Below the pieces are notes generated by a model. It was not told where the DNA came from, ran no database searches, and worked only from the letters and a program-made list of their open reading frames with translations. DNA of 64,000 nt, taken from assembly GCF_009914755.1 (NCBI RefSeq), contig NC_060947.1, one strand, 5' to 3'. Both the position numbers and the translations under genes were made by a program. Every line of letters starts with the position of its first letter. Positions within the stretch are counted from its first letter, which is position 1. Positions 1 through 12,436 of the stretch are shown here, in pieces. This DNA is from the human T2T-CHM13v2.0 reference genome, Homo sapiens.

Positions 1-2476
1 TGTTCTTTGAAACGTCGTTCAGACCCAAATGCCAGATTGCAAGACTTAAACACTATCAGATACAGAAACAAATTGGGTCAAAGCCATATTGAATCATCAA
101 ACGTGACAGCATTTTCTTAGTTTGGTGTATAACCAACAGCTAACAATTTTCAGATTCTTTTCTAATTTCTGCTTTTAACAAACACATAATGCATTTGTAA
201 TACCAGTTTGTGTGAAGTATGCTGAGCCCTGAAGCAGATTCTAGTACCAGCTCTACCATAATTTGTGAGAGTCTGGATGAATCGTATAAATTCCACAGGC
301 ATCCTTGCTCTTAGTGAAAAGAGTGGATGCACATCAGATAGATTAAAATCCATTTCGTTGCTAATTTCCACATGCTCTGGTTCTGTTGGATAGAAGACCA
401 AGATATTCTGATCTTCATGATTTGTTTATCATAACAATCAGCTTCAGTCCAATTATAGTGTCTGAGTTGAGATTTCATGGTTCCTAGGAAAATGAGCGGG
501 CACTCTGCTTGGTGTTTGTTTTCCTGTGTGGAGCCCTGTATGAGTGTTCTTGTATTTTGCCAAATTCTGAGTTCTCTGTCTCTTAAAGAATAATTGCATT
601 TTAAAGCCTTCCCGCAGTGAAGCCTTGAATGACTGAATGATAAAATGGCAGGAGATCATCAGGTTTCTGTGGCCAGTGAAGTAGAGAGAATGCATGTAGG
701 TCAGTGATGCCCAAGGTGGGTGTAAGATGCTTCTGCTAAGCATGCTCCCTGCCCTCCCGTCAGTCTTCATGAACTACTTCGTGTAATTAGATTGAAGACT
801 CATATAGTAGAGTCACCTCTAACCATACCATAGGTTACATATTACAGGTTTCTGCCTTGAGGCATTAGATGATAGGGTTTGAAGTTCAACAACAGCACTG
901 TGCTAGTTCCTGAGTAGTTGACACAAGTATGTTTTACACATATTTTCCAAATTGGTGACTGTTAATTACAATACCTCTTGAAGTTAAAGGAAGCACCCCA
1001 TGTTTAAGGGAGAAATTACCTAAGTGTTTTTACTGTACCCTGCTGAACCATTCCATTATACTATTTACATTAAAAGATAGTTCTCAGACGATTTCCAGGA
1101 GCCCACTGAACAAGCCTCAGTTGTATTCTTAGGGAGATCATAGCTTTAAATGCACGTCTTATTAAAATAAATAGCACGTTACATGTTAAAGGAAAAGAAT
1201 ACTATGAAATAACAATAAAAGAGCCAGAGAATAAACTTAAAGGAAAAAGAAAGTGGTAGTGAATAAAAGACAGGTACGAATCATTAGTATAAGGAAAAGT
1301 AGTTCAAATGTCATAAATTGAAAAGATTGGTGTTTTGAAAATTAGCTACGAATATTCAGTAATTTACACAATCTTGAAGAAACGGAAAAAGCACAACATG
1401 GAATATGAACAAGACAGAGTGATTTAATACAGGGCTTTATTGAAAGTGAATACAGTCTTGAACGCTAAGATTTTCAGAGCATGGATGAAATGGTTGGTAA
1501 GCTAGGAAGGCATGCATTATTTATTTCTGTAATACCTGATTAAGCATCACAAAGCCTGTGGAAGAAACTGTGAAATTTTCCAGTTGTCCCTCAGAAACAT
1601 TTACTTTTAGAAACAAATTTTGGCTTTTTCAGCTGTCCTACTCTTGTTTTCCATTCCCGTATCCCTCCATGTGTTCATGTGTGACACAGTTCATAATGCT
1701 ATCACATATTGATGACAAAACTGATAGTGATAGCTTAAGAGTAATGCGACCATATACTTAATTATACAAATGGGAATACTTTCAAGTGTAAAAAGAGGCA
1801 TGATTCATGTTGACATCACGGTAGGAGAAAACTGGGTACAAACGGTTGCTGTACCTTAAAAACCACAGAAGGGTAAACGAGCCCAAATAAATATTTTTGC
1901 CCTTCTGCGCAATAGAGTAAAAACAAATGCAATGCTGGCCTTTCTATTCACTTTACTTATTCAGTTCCTAAGGTGACAGTAACCGTTTTCTTCCAAGATA
2001 GTATTCAGACCATTTCCAGGAGCCCGTTTGGCATGCAGACCACAGATTCAAGCCAGAATATTAAAAGAGTGTTTGCCAAAAATTATACATTTTTCGTAAA
2101 TTCCTTTTTTGTTTCTTAGGATTTTTGTGTGGTGCTGGTATTTTGAGTAAAACTATGCACAATGTTTGCTTTCTACTTTAAACCCCTTTTTAGTAGGTTC
2201 ACTTCATTTAATGTGTTCGGACCTTGGACTGTCTTGCTTTCCTTGTAGCACTAGAAAGCAGGGTGTGTTTGAAAAACATCTTTAATGCATACACTTGGAC
2301 GACTGTTGTCAAAGTCTCTTCAGAGGTCTACATGAATGTAAGCAAAAGGGTGACTCTTAGGCTTCTGGTTTTGTCCATTGTAGAAAACTAAAACTTTGGT
2401 GTCTTTTCCATATCCTTAATGTCATTTAAACACAGTTCTGCTAGTAATGTTCCCACCTGTTATGCTTCTGTTATAG

Positions 2477-2499
2477 GTGAAGAGCAACCACAAGTTTAA
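2477..2499 (+). CDS. XAGE1: XAGE1 copy A, last coding exon (G)EEQPQV*; upstream exons lie left of the window
   Basis: ttatag|GT GAA GAG CAA CCA CAA GTT TAA; identical to the last exon of the complete copies. Confidence 0.93.
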
Positions 2500-2561
2500 A
2501 TGAAGACAAGCTGAAACAACGCAAGCTGGTTTTATATTAGATATTTGACTTAAACTATCTC

Positions 2562-2567
2562 AATAAA
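2562..2567 (+). terminator. Polyadenylation signal AATAAA of XAGE1 copy A (mirrors at 13861-13866 and 26731-26736, - strand)
   Basis: AATAAA about 60 nt after the stop codon. Confidence 0.85.
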
Positions 2568-2650
2568 GTTTTGCAGCTTTCACCAAAGAAGTCTTGCTCA
2601 TCTTTGGTTCACTTCCTTCCCAGGTATTTGATAATATTGGAAATCGTTTC

Positions 2651-2925
2651 TGGCTGCGGTTGTCCACGCCTGTAATCCCAGCACTTTGGGATGCTGAGGC
2701 AGGAGGATTGCTTGAGCTCAGTAGTTTGAGACCAGATGGGGCAACAAAGCAAGACTCTCTCTCTACAAAAATAAAAGAGTGAATGCATGAATGTATGCAA
2801 GTTTGTATGTAGCTATAGCCCCAGCTACTCTAGAGCCGAAGGGTGGAGGATGCCTCCAGCCCAGGAGGTCCAGGATGAGGTTAATTTTTTTTTGAGATAG
2901 AGACTCTATTTTTTTTTTTTTTTAA
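2651..2925 (+). mobile_element. Diverged Alu (AluJ-like); copies at ~13503-13777 and ~26373-26647 (-)
   Basis: ggctgcgg...cacgcctgtaatcccagcactttggga...ggaggattgcttgag. Confidence 0.85.
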
Positions 2926-2979
2926 AAATTCAGTATCATTTTTGAAATTTTGTGTTCTGATTGAGCTGGTATGCACAGG

Positions 2980-3390
2980 TGTGATATTGTGTAATACATA
3001 TTTGGTCCTAGACCCTGCTTCCTGGCATACAACTACTACAATTTTTAAAATCTCCACAAAGTGGTGTCTTTTTATATGCTAGTGAGTTGACTCATGGCTG
3101 GCAGCACCTAGGTAGCTCTAGTTTGGGGAATAGGAGGGTTGGGGCTTTCAGCTGCCCCTCCCCCCCCCCAGCATTCGGGAAGAGGCAGAAGGTTAATTTG
3201 ATCCCCAGTGGCAGGACAACAGTTTAATCAGTCACGCCTACAGAATGAAAACCTCCATCAAAACCAAAAGGACAGGATTCAGACGGCTTCTGGCTAGCTG
3301 AACATATGGAGGGCAGCATGCCCCTAGTGGGCACAGAAGCTCCCTACCCCTTTCCCCATACCTTGCGCTATGTCTCTCCTCATCTGCTTC
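2980..3390 (+). mobile_element. LTR element, MER21-like; copies at ~13037-13448 and ~25909-26318 (-)
   Basis: tgtgatattgtg...ttcctggcatacaact...ttgactcatggctggcagc resembles the MER21 consensus as recalled. Confidence 0.55.
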
Positions 3391-4045
3391 CTTTCTTAGG
3401 GTATCCCATTTGCCACAAAACATGTGAGAAGTCCCTAGGCTATAGAGCTGGATGAAAGAATTAGGGCCTAGGTAGGAGTAAGCGGCAAGGAACCAGGGCA
3501 ACTTGCTGAAGCAAGATGACGGGTCCTACCTACACCGTCTCTTTAGAGGCTATGTCATGAAGTAGCCATGGGTTTCCATCTTGCCTCTCACACAGTGCTC
3601 TTGATATGGTGGTCAAGATACTTACACCCTTTGGGACTGTTTTTCCATTTCTAAAGTTGAATTTACAATATGTACACTAAAAATACTTAGTATGAAAAAT
3701 AAAGGAAATAACATCAAGGAGGCTTTACATTGCAGATAAATTTGGCCTGCTACTTAGATTTCCTTTTTTCCTTTAGATTTCAAACTTTTTCATTTCATTT
3801 TTCCTTACAACTACATTTCTGGTGTGTGATAACCTGCTTTTGAATTTCAAGTAGGAATGTCAAGTTCACTTTTAAAATACATTTGAATTCAGAAAATTAT
3901 TTGATTTAAATATGTTAATTTAATAGCAGTGTAGCCGGTGTCACCCACGGCATAGATTCTGAAGTTGATTTGTAAATAACCGAGGTGTTATAAAGCCAAC
4001 TGAATGTCAGCAATGTGTGCTGAAAACTTGTTTGCTATGTGTTAT

Positions 4046-4420
4046 GCGGGTGGATCACCTGAGGTCAGGAGTATGAGAGCAGCCTGGCCAACATGGTGAA
4101 ACCCCATCTCTACTAAAAATACAAAAATTAGCCAGATGTGGTGGTATATGCATGTAATCTCAGCTACTGGGGAGTCCGAGGCAGGAGAATCGCTTGAACC
4201 CAGGAGGCGGGGCTTGCAGTGATCGGAGATCGTGCCATTGCACTCCAGTCTGGAAAATAAAGAGTGAAACTCTGTCAAAAAAAAAAAGGAAGGAAGAAAG
4301 GAAGGAAGGCAGACAGGAAAAGAGAAAAAGAGAAAGAGAAGGGAAGAAAATGAAGAAAGAAAAAGGGGAGAGAGAGAGAGAAGGATGGAGAGGGGGAGGA
4401 AGGAAGGAAGGAAGGAAGGG
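4046..4420 (+). mobile_element. 5'-truncated AluS with expanded purine-rich (GAAA/GGAA) tail
   Basis: Begins abruptly at gcgggtggatcacctgagg; A tail at 4277-4288, then G/A-rich tract to 4420. Confidence 0.9.
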
Positions 4421-4775
4421 AAGTCCCTCTGTCCGTATTTGCAGTCACTTTAAAGGCACGTCTGTGCCATGAACCCGGATCGGCAGTCATACTCTAGGTC
4501 TAAGAGGCAAGTCTGAAAGACATTGCCTGCAGGCTTGACATCCTTCATTATTCTTGGGATGCACGTTCTCCCCAGGGCACCAGCCAAACACCGAATGGCC
4601 TGACACAGAGTTTGCATTTTTTCTCATAGTTCTCCTTGGTCATTCAGATAATATGGGTTCTCTCTAAGACATATCTGGTGCAGAATAGAGAAAGTTGCAT
4701 CCTCCCAGTTTTGCCTGTTTTAGGTGCTGGAACCCAGACAGGTCGCAATCTTGAGAGGGTCGGCAGGCAGCAGTA
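4421..4775 (-). pseudogene. RBM22 processed pseudogene, 5' fragment (start codon ATG>ATT at 4749, TAA at codon 10)
   Basis: Minus strand reads (I)[16 protein letters not shown]...MTKENYEKKCK...LLDLEY, matching the RBM22 N-terminus [20 protein letters not shown]; no introns. Confidence 0.88.
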
Positions 4776-6669
4776 GATTTTCAGGTGGGAAGGAGGACCC
4801 CCGCAATCCCACCAGACACAGCTCTTCTTTCTCATGCTGTTCTTGAGGCCCTGGGCAATTGCCTTTGACCGTATATGATTCATCTTTCTTGTGTCAAGGT
4901 GAACCTCACTTCCAAGGAATCCCCATTCTTGTAGGACACTCTGGACTTCCTGGTCTCTCCAAGAACTGGCTAAATTCCATGTTTTTCCATCGGAATACTG
5001 AGATAGACAACCTTGAAGTGCAGTTTCTTTACAAGTGTCTTTATCTGGCCATGACATTAATTTCGCATTTGGTAGGAGGGTAACAGTCTTATTTTCATCA
5101 GTATGTTCAGTGCATGTTAGTGTACAGCATGAACCTTAGAGGAAGACTTCTACGTTGAGATGTGAAATGCATCAAAAGCTTGTGTGGAGTTAATAAAGCT
5201 ACTCTACCTCTACGAGTGCCAGTTTCCTCACCCATAAAATGAGGATCACAAGATGACTTCTTCAAGTTGTTGCCAGAGTTAAATTCAGAAAGATATTTAA
5301 AAGTACCTAACTGCAAGGGTCCACATCATGAATGAAATAGCATCAGATTTCAAAGTACACAAAAGGAATAAAGTACACATGACCTAAGATGAGATGATCA
5401 GCTTTCTAAGCAGACTGACGAGCATCAGAATGAGATCTATATTTAAGCGATTTCTTCGCAGCCCCACTGAAGAGGACACACATGGGGGCTCCAAGAAGGT
5501 ACGTACACGGCCATTGTAGAGGAACTGATGTTGTGAGGGCGGAATTTGAAATGTCATTACACAACTGGTTCTCAGGGAGCACTGGAAGAAACCGTGCAAC
5601 CCAGCAGATACTACCAGGAATTGGGTGAGCAGAGGAGGGTCATGGCCACAAATCTAAGCAGAAGACACCAAACCACAAGGAGCTTCTGGCTCTGAAACAG
5701 CAGCTGTGATGGCATAAGGAGCAATCTTCTGAGATAGCTGCTGTGGGATTGCTGAGAGCACATGATTTTGCATCAATACACCCAAAAGCAGTGCATGTGA
5801 AAACAGATCACAAAACTCTCCCCTCCATTCATCTTTGTTTTACCATGACCAATGATGGATACCCTCACGTTACAACATCCCCACCAACACTTGTGGACAA
5901 GTATATTTAGAAACTCCCACCTAAATTGGGAACGCTCAGGAGTAGGGTGAGAATATTGATGGATGGGTGAGGGATGTGGGTTCTTCACCTCATAGACTCT
6001 GTTTGAAACAAGAGAAGAGCTGCTGTGCTGTGGTCTCCCTATACTTCCTCATCTTGCCACATTCATAGATGCCACATAGTTTTTGTCCCTTTATTTACAA
6101 AGGGGCTGATGAACCCATGGGTAATTAATCCTGAAGGAGAAAATTCTTCACAAAGTACAATAACAGGGTCTAATTTCCATGGCCAAGTTTTTTAGGTTTT
6201 TTTTTTTTTAATAGTGGCTCACATTCAGGAATCACAAAAGAAACCTGTTGGAATGTGTGATATGAACAAGGTCTTATTTTGATGTAGATTAGCAACTAGG
6301 CTTTTACAGATTAGACATAAAAGCATAAAAGCTGGTACCATCCCAGAATCAAAGGAATGGTCCCTGAGGACATACGGAATTAGGGACATCAATTACTAAG
6401 AGGCTACAGGAAACTAGAAGTGCTCCCAGAACTTTTCATTGTCCAGATAGAAAAATTCAACAAATCTGCTCTAATAAGTAAAGGTACCTCCCTGACTGCC
6501 ATGGGTGATGGGCTTTCCATTCCAAGCAGAGAAGTGAAGCTTGAGGCCCTTCAAAAGCACCCCAAGTGCTCCACACCTTGAAAGTCATTCCCACAAAGCT
6601 GGAACACCATCTGTTCCTGAGGGATCAGGTCATGATCTGTGTCTTTGAGACACTGGCCAAACAGACTCT

Positions 6670-8645
6670 GAGTCCTGAATGGATCTTCACTGGGTAACTG
6701 CATCTCTATTCCTGCATTCTGCTGAGATGGTTGATGGAGCCATGAGTCACATACCTCACCTCTTAAGCAATCAATTGTCCAGCTACATCCTTGGCCATGT
6801 TTTCATGGCATGCTATCTGAATAGGCTGAGAATCTTCCAAATCATCACAGGCTGATTTCTTTTTCTTAGCAGTTCTGTTGTTGATTTATTTCTCCTCTCT
6901 TGGATTTTGCTATCAGCAGCAGGGAGAAACATGGCAACATCTTCAATACTTGGCTTAGAAATCTTAGCTAAATACCCACGTTCATCACTTGCAAATTCTA
7001 CTTTGCATCTAAGAGTATGCAGTTTAGCTAAATTCTCTGCGATTTTCTCATAAGGAATGTGAATCCATGTTTCCAATAACATGTTCCCCATTCCTGTCTG
7101 AGACCTCACCGGAAGCACCTTTAACATTCATTTTTCTAGCAACATTCTGTTCTTGATGTTGGATGTATTCTCTAAGATGACAGAAATTTTCTGTATAGCT
7201 CTCCTGTTTTTTTCTGAGCACTTGCCAGAATTTATCTTAATGTCCATATGTCTACCAATTGCCCCTTCAAGGAAGTGTAGGCTTTTTCTGTCACTTACTT
7301 TGAAACTCTTCCAGCATCTCTTCACGACCCAATTCCAAAGCTACTTTCATGCTGTTAGGTATTTGTTAGAGCCGCACTTCATTTCCTGGTACCACAATCT
7401 TTGAGAGTTCTCTAGGGCTGCAGTAACAAATCACCACAAACTCACTGGCTTCAACAACAGACATTTATTGTATCACAGTTCCGGAGGCTAAGAGTCTGAA
7501 ATCAAGGTGTGGGCAGGGTTGACTCCTTCTGAGGCCTGAATGGAAGAATCTGTTCCATGCCTTTCTCATAGTTTCTGTTGGCTTGCTGGCAATCCTTGAC
7601 ATTCATTGACCAGTAGATGCATCACCCCTATCTCTTCCTTCATGCTCACGTGGTTTTTTCCCTGTGTGCACGTCGTAGTCCATTTTGTGTTGCTATAAAG
7701 GAATACCTAGAACCAGGTAATTCATAAGGAAAAGATATTTATTTAGCTCACAGTTCTACAAACTGAGAAATTCAAGGGAATGCATAGCCCTCTGGCTTTC
7801 GGTGAGGGATTTCGATCCACATCACAACATGGTGGAGAAGGCCAAAGTGGAAGTGGACACTTGTGAAGAGGGGAAAACCTGAGGGGTGTCGTGGCTTTAC
7901 AACAACCCACTTTAAAGGGAATGAATCCATTCCTTCAAGAGCTACTCCAGCATTCTGAAACTGAGAACTCACTTACCATTTCACCAAGAGATCAGCACCA
8001 AGTTATTCATAAGGGATCCACATCCATAACCCAAACTCATCCTAACAGGCCCCACCTCCCAACACTGCCACGGGAAGTGGGGGGTCAAATTTCTTTTTTT
8101 TCCTTTTTCTTTTTTTGAGACAGAGTCTTGCTCTGTTTTCCAGTCTACAGTACAGTGGTGCGATCTCAGCTCACTGCAAACTGTGCTTCCCAGGTTCAAG
8201 TGATTCTCCTGCCGCAGCCTCCTGAGTAGCTGGGACAACAGGTGCATGCCACCACTTCCGGCTAATTTTTGTATTTTTTTTTTTATTAGATACAGAGTTT
8301 CACCATGTTGGCCAAACTGGTTTTGAACTCCTGACCTCAGGTGATCTGCCCACCTGCCTTGGCCTCCCAAAGTGCTGGGATTACAGGCATGAGCCACCGC
8401 ACCAGGGCAAGGGGGTCAAATTTCAACATGAGTTTTCCTGGAGACAAACCAACCATACCCAAGCCATACCAACGTCTGTGTACAAATTTCCCCCTCTTCT
8501 AATAACAACAGTCATATTAGATTAGGGGCCCACCCAACCTCATTATGACCTCATCTGAAATTAATTATATTTTCAATAACCCTATTTCCAAATAAGGTCA
8601 CATTCTGCGGTACCTGGGGTTAGGACATCAACATATGAATTTTTC
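6670..8645 (-). mobile_element. MaLR: MLT1 internal (6670-7400) plus MLT1C-like LTR (7401-7670, 8472-8645), interrupted by an MSTB-like LTR (7671-8471), itself interrupted by an Alu
   Basis: tagggctgcagtaacaaatcaccacaaact...; tagtccattttgtgttgctataaaggaatacc; ttccaaataaggtcacattctg. Confidence 0.75.
8094..8408 (-). mobile_element. Full-length AluS with 14-bp target-site duplication
   Basis: TSD gggggtcaaatttc at 8080-8093 and 8411-8424. Confidence 0.95.
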
Positions 8646-9037
8646 AGGAAACCCAAAATAAACTATGTGTATTTTGCCACAATAAAAAATGTTTAACCTC
8701 CTCCTGTGCAGTAAACTGCTTCAAGGGCACCTTTGGAAACATCTCCATGTGAACCTCACTGTCCAGAAAGCTTCTTTCACAATAAACACCATAGAAAGCT
8801 CTTGACAGGTATAGTCTCCACAAGAATTTGAACAACAGCCACTCCCATCTCCTCTGCTCTCCCCTGTATTGCTACTTGTTGCTGCTGCTGCTGCTGCTGG
8901 AATGTTGATAACTACTCCTCCCTGGATCCCTTGCAGAGGGTTGTGCGCCACAGTTTACCAGGTATTGCTAATAATATGCCCTATTATAAGGTTTGGGAAT
9001 TAGAAGTAATTTTTTAGTTCTACCAAAAATGGTTGCA

Positions 9038-9323
9038 GTGTGAATCGTGAATGTGGCAAAGTTTAGGCAGGTGGGAATGGCGAATGTGAGAATTTTCAGC
9101 AGGTGCGCATGGTGAATATGGAATGTTTAGGCAGATGTGCATGGTGATTGTGGAATATTTGGGCAGGTGTGAATCGTGAATGTGAAATGTTTGGGCAGGT
9201 GTGAATAGTGAATGTGGGAATGTTTGGACAGGTATGAATGATGAATGCAGAATGTTCTGGCAGGTGTGAATGGTGAATGTGCGAGTGTTCAGGCAGGTGT
9301 GAATAATGAGTGTGCGAGTGTTT
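9038..9323. repeat. Degenerate minisatellite, about 9 units of 32-33 bp
   Basis: Consensus ggcaggtgtgaatggtgaatgtggaatgttt(g) recurs in tandem. Confidence 0.9.
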
Positions 9324-9776
9324 GTTATGGCCCCGGGATTCCCCTACTGATCACCTGCCTCAGGATTCCAGGAGGCAGAGACATTTGGCAGAGGTTTCCT
9401 CCAGTTGCCTGACCATCAGGTATATTTCAGTGGACTCCAAATCTAGTATGATTTCCATTATGTCTGTAGGTTTTATGAGACTTGAAGATTCTTCATTACT
9501 ATTTTCTGTACTGATAATTTAATTAATAATTTTCTGTACATATAATTTAATAACACATGAATTCATGATAAGAAATGTAACAAATTTGACTTTCTCAGTT
9601 ACATTCCACTCAAAAACACATGAGTTTTGTCTGTTTGACTAGTACTTCCATTCCTGGTAAGGTTCAGCAAGAGCTGAGATTTCTGAGCTTCAGTGACTAC
9701 ATCCTACCTTGCAGGTTACTTGCAATAATGAAATAAATGATAGTGATAATAGTAGTAAAAATAGTAGTAAAAGAAG

Positions 9777-10070
<294 letters not shown>

Positions 10071-10102
10071 AATCAGTTTTAATATAAAACCAACAGTCAT
10101 AC

Positions 10103-10491
10103 TGTTACGGACTGACTTCTGTCTGCACGAGATTCATATGGTGAAGTCCTAACCCCTAGAGCCTCAGACTGTAACTGTATGTGAGATAGATGGGGTCTTT
10201 AAAAAGGTAATTAAGTGAAATGGGGTCATTAGAGTAGAGTCTAAGGCAATGTGCCTGGTGCCCTTACAAGAAGAGGAAATGAGGACACAGACTTGTACAG
10301 AGGGAGGGCTAAGGCAGACACGGAGAAAACAGCTGCCTGCAAGGCAAGGAGGGAGGCCTTAGAAGAAACCAACTCTGCTGACACCTTGATCTCAGATGTG
10401 TAGCCTCCAGAATTGTGAGAAAATACATTTTTGTTGTTTAAGTCACCCAGTTCATGGTAGTTTTTGATGGCAGCCCTAACAAACCAATAGA
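10103..10491 (+). mobile_element. MLT1B-like solo LTR
   Basis: ttcatatggtgaagtcctaacccc...gacaccttgatctcagatgtgtagcctccagaattgtgag...gcagccctaacaaaccaata. Confidence 0.8.
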
Positions 10492-12436
10492 AACACTTTT
10501 AGTGCCGCTCAGAAGGCAAGCATTATCATATCTATTTTATGAGCTAGAACTCCTGCTCCTCCAACTAATATAATGAGCATGTAATGATACCTGTATCTGA
10601 GCAACTGAGCAGTGATGAGAAAACTTCAAAACTTTGGAATTATTTTACCTTAAGTCTATGACCACGAGAGAATCGCTTCTCCCTTTCGCACTCATCCTAC
10701 TTCCACTACTACAATACTCTCACAAATTCCTAGGAACCCTCCTCCATTTGAATGACCTACCCTAATGATTCCTTCAGAAGACAGAAGCTATCTGCTGGGA
10801 ATTCTCAGAGCATCCCAAACCCAGGCTACCCCTGTTGGGCCTGGCATTCTCTGCCACCCTTGTGCATACAATGCTCCTAACGGAAGCAAGCCCCTCACCT
10901 CAGCTCAGGATCCCATAACTCCCACTTTCCCAGGGGCTTTCCTGCTGCAATGATCGTTCTTCTCTCCTGAACCATCAATGGCTCCCCCTATATTGGATCA
11001 CTCCCCAAGCTAAGGGGGAAACTCACTTTCTTCCCCCATGTCCTTCTATAGCTACGAATACATTTAGCTGCTGCCCTTCAAAGCAAAACTGCCTCAACAT
11101 ATACAACTCACTTCACTGGAGTCATTTTCCAAAATTACCTGGCAACAAAAATGAACCAGAACAGCTGAAACAATGCTGAACTATAACTTTGGGGAACTCA
11201 CACTACCTAATAGTAAGAGTGATGTTAATTCTATAGTAATCAAGAGAACGTGGTAATTTGGAAAAATCAACAAATCAGAATGGAGTCCAGCAATAGACTC
11301 ACAGACATGATATATTGATTTTCAGAAAAGGTGCAAAGGCAATGGAGAAAGATTGTCTTTTCGTGAAAGTGTTATTTTCCTCCTGCCTCTTGGCCACTAC
11401 ATTGATTGGTTTTTATTCCCCTGGGTCCCTTCCCTGTGTTTCCCCCTTTGCACTTCAGCTGCTCTTCTGTTTAGTGGCCTCTCTGCCCCACCACAGTGTG
11501 ACAGCCCCCACAGCAAGTACCATGTGTTGTTGGTTGTTCTTCCAATTTCCAGCATCCCAGGTATTTCTTGTAACATGGCAGGCCACTCATGCATGTCTAC
11601 TGAATTGATGAATTAACCTTTTGTAATGATCCTAACAGAAAAGCATCTCCTGTGTTTAGGAGACATTATTGGAGATGATATGTTTCTAGGCACCTTACAT
11701 ATGGTCTTTGGTTTTGTGCCGGACACTCTAGGGTAATGGCTCTGTATGTTGCTCTGGAGCTCCTGCAGGTCACCACTAATAGGGGAAGTAGGCAAAGCTA
11801 GACTACAAGCTAACCTGAGTCTGGGCACAATATCTTGACTGCCCTTGGAACAAGGAAAGATAGGCAGGGCGGTGGGAGCTGCCACAGGTATTTTTGCACC
11901 AGCTCCCTATCTGCCTGGAGGCTGACACAAGGCCATTCTTCATCCGTCTCCCTAGTTTGAGGTAAGCACAGGCCTTTCTTCATCATAGGGTACAGTTGTG
12001 GAGTATAAAATTGCTCACTGCCTTTGGGCACAGGTGTGGGCTCCTCACCAGCAGAAAGACCCACTATCTGTGCTGTCCATCACTGAGTACCTCCGATTCA
12101 CTGTCACACTATGGAAATAGGGATACGGTGCTTACACAATGCTGATCTTGCTTTTGCTTTCTCTACAAGCAATCAACCACTTGGATCTGTTTGGGCTCAT
12201 TGTCTCCGTATTGGCCAAATTTAAGAATATGTGAAAAGGCAAACTAACGACTTTAGTGGTGATCCTCATGGCCCTTTTAGGACAACACAGGGCTGCTTAC
12301 GGACCGCTTGAGTAATTGACACACTACTGTATTGAGTTGCGTGGTGTAGCATAGACAGAATATTGATTTAGTCTTCATGGCATCACACACAGCAAATAAG
12401 TTTTCAGCACATACTATTGACTTATGGTTGGCCTTG

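Larger units (their letters stand above)
1..3990. repeat. Left palindrome arm (inverted copy of 12437-16427; continues beyond the window start)
   Basis: ORF pairs are mirror images with coordinate sums of 16428/16427 (e.g. 162..401 vs 16027..16266). The only difference seen is a C10 vs G11 homopolymer. Confidence 0.97.

Noticed and set aside
162-3501. Short ORFs repeated identically three times (79, 105, 67 and 87 aa)
   Set aside because: They lie in XAGE1 intron and flank sequence; identity reflects recent duplication, not coding constraint.
5380-5990. Coding-like segment conserved with 40390-41010
   Set aside because: Explained by the segmental duplication; stops and frames are not conserved and I recognise no protein family.
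8881-8898. (GCT)6 triplet run giving poly-Ala in a 76-aa ORF
   Set aside because: Short, with no gene context.
9038-9323. ~32-bp periodic array superficially like CRISPR or a zinc-finger array
   Set aside because: Contiguous degenerate units with no unique spacers in eukaryotic DNA; the period is not 84 bp.
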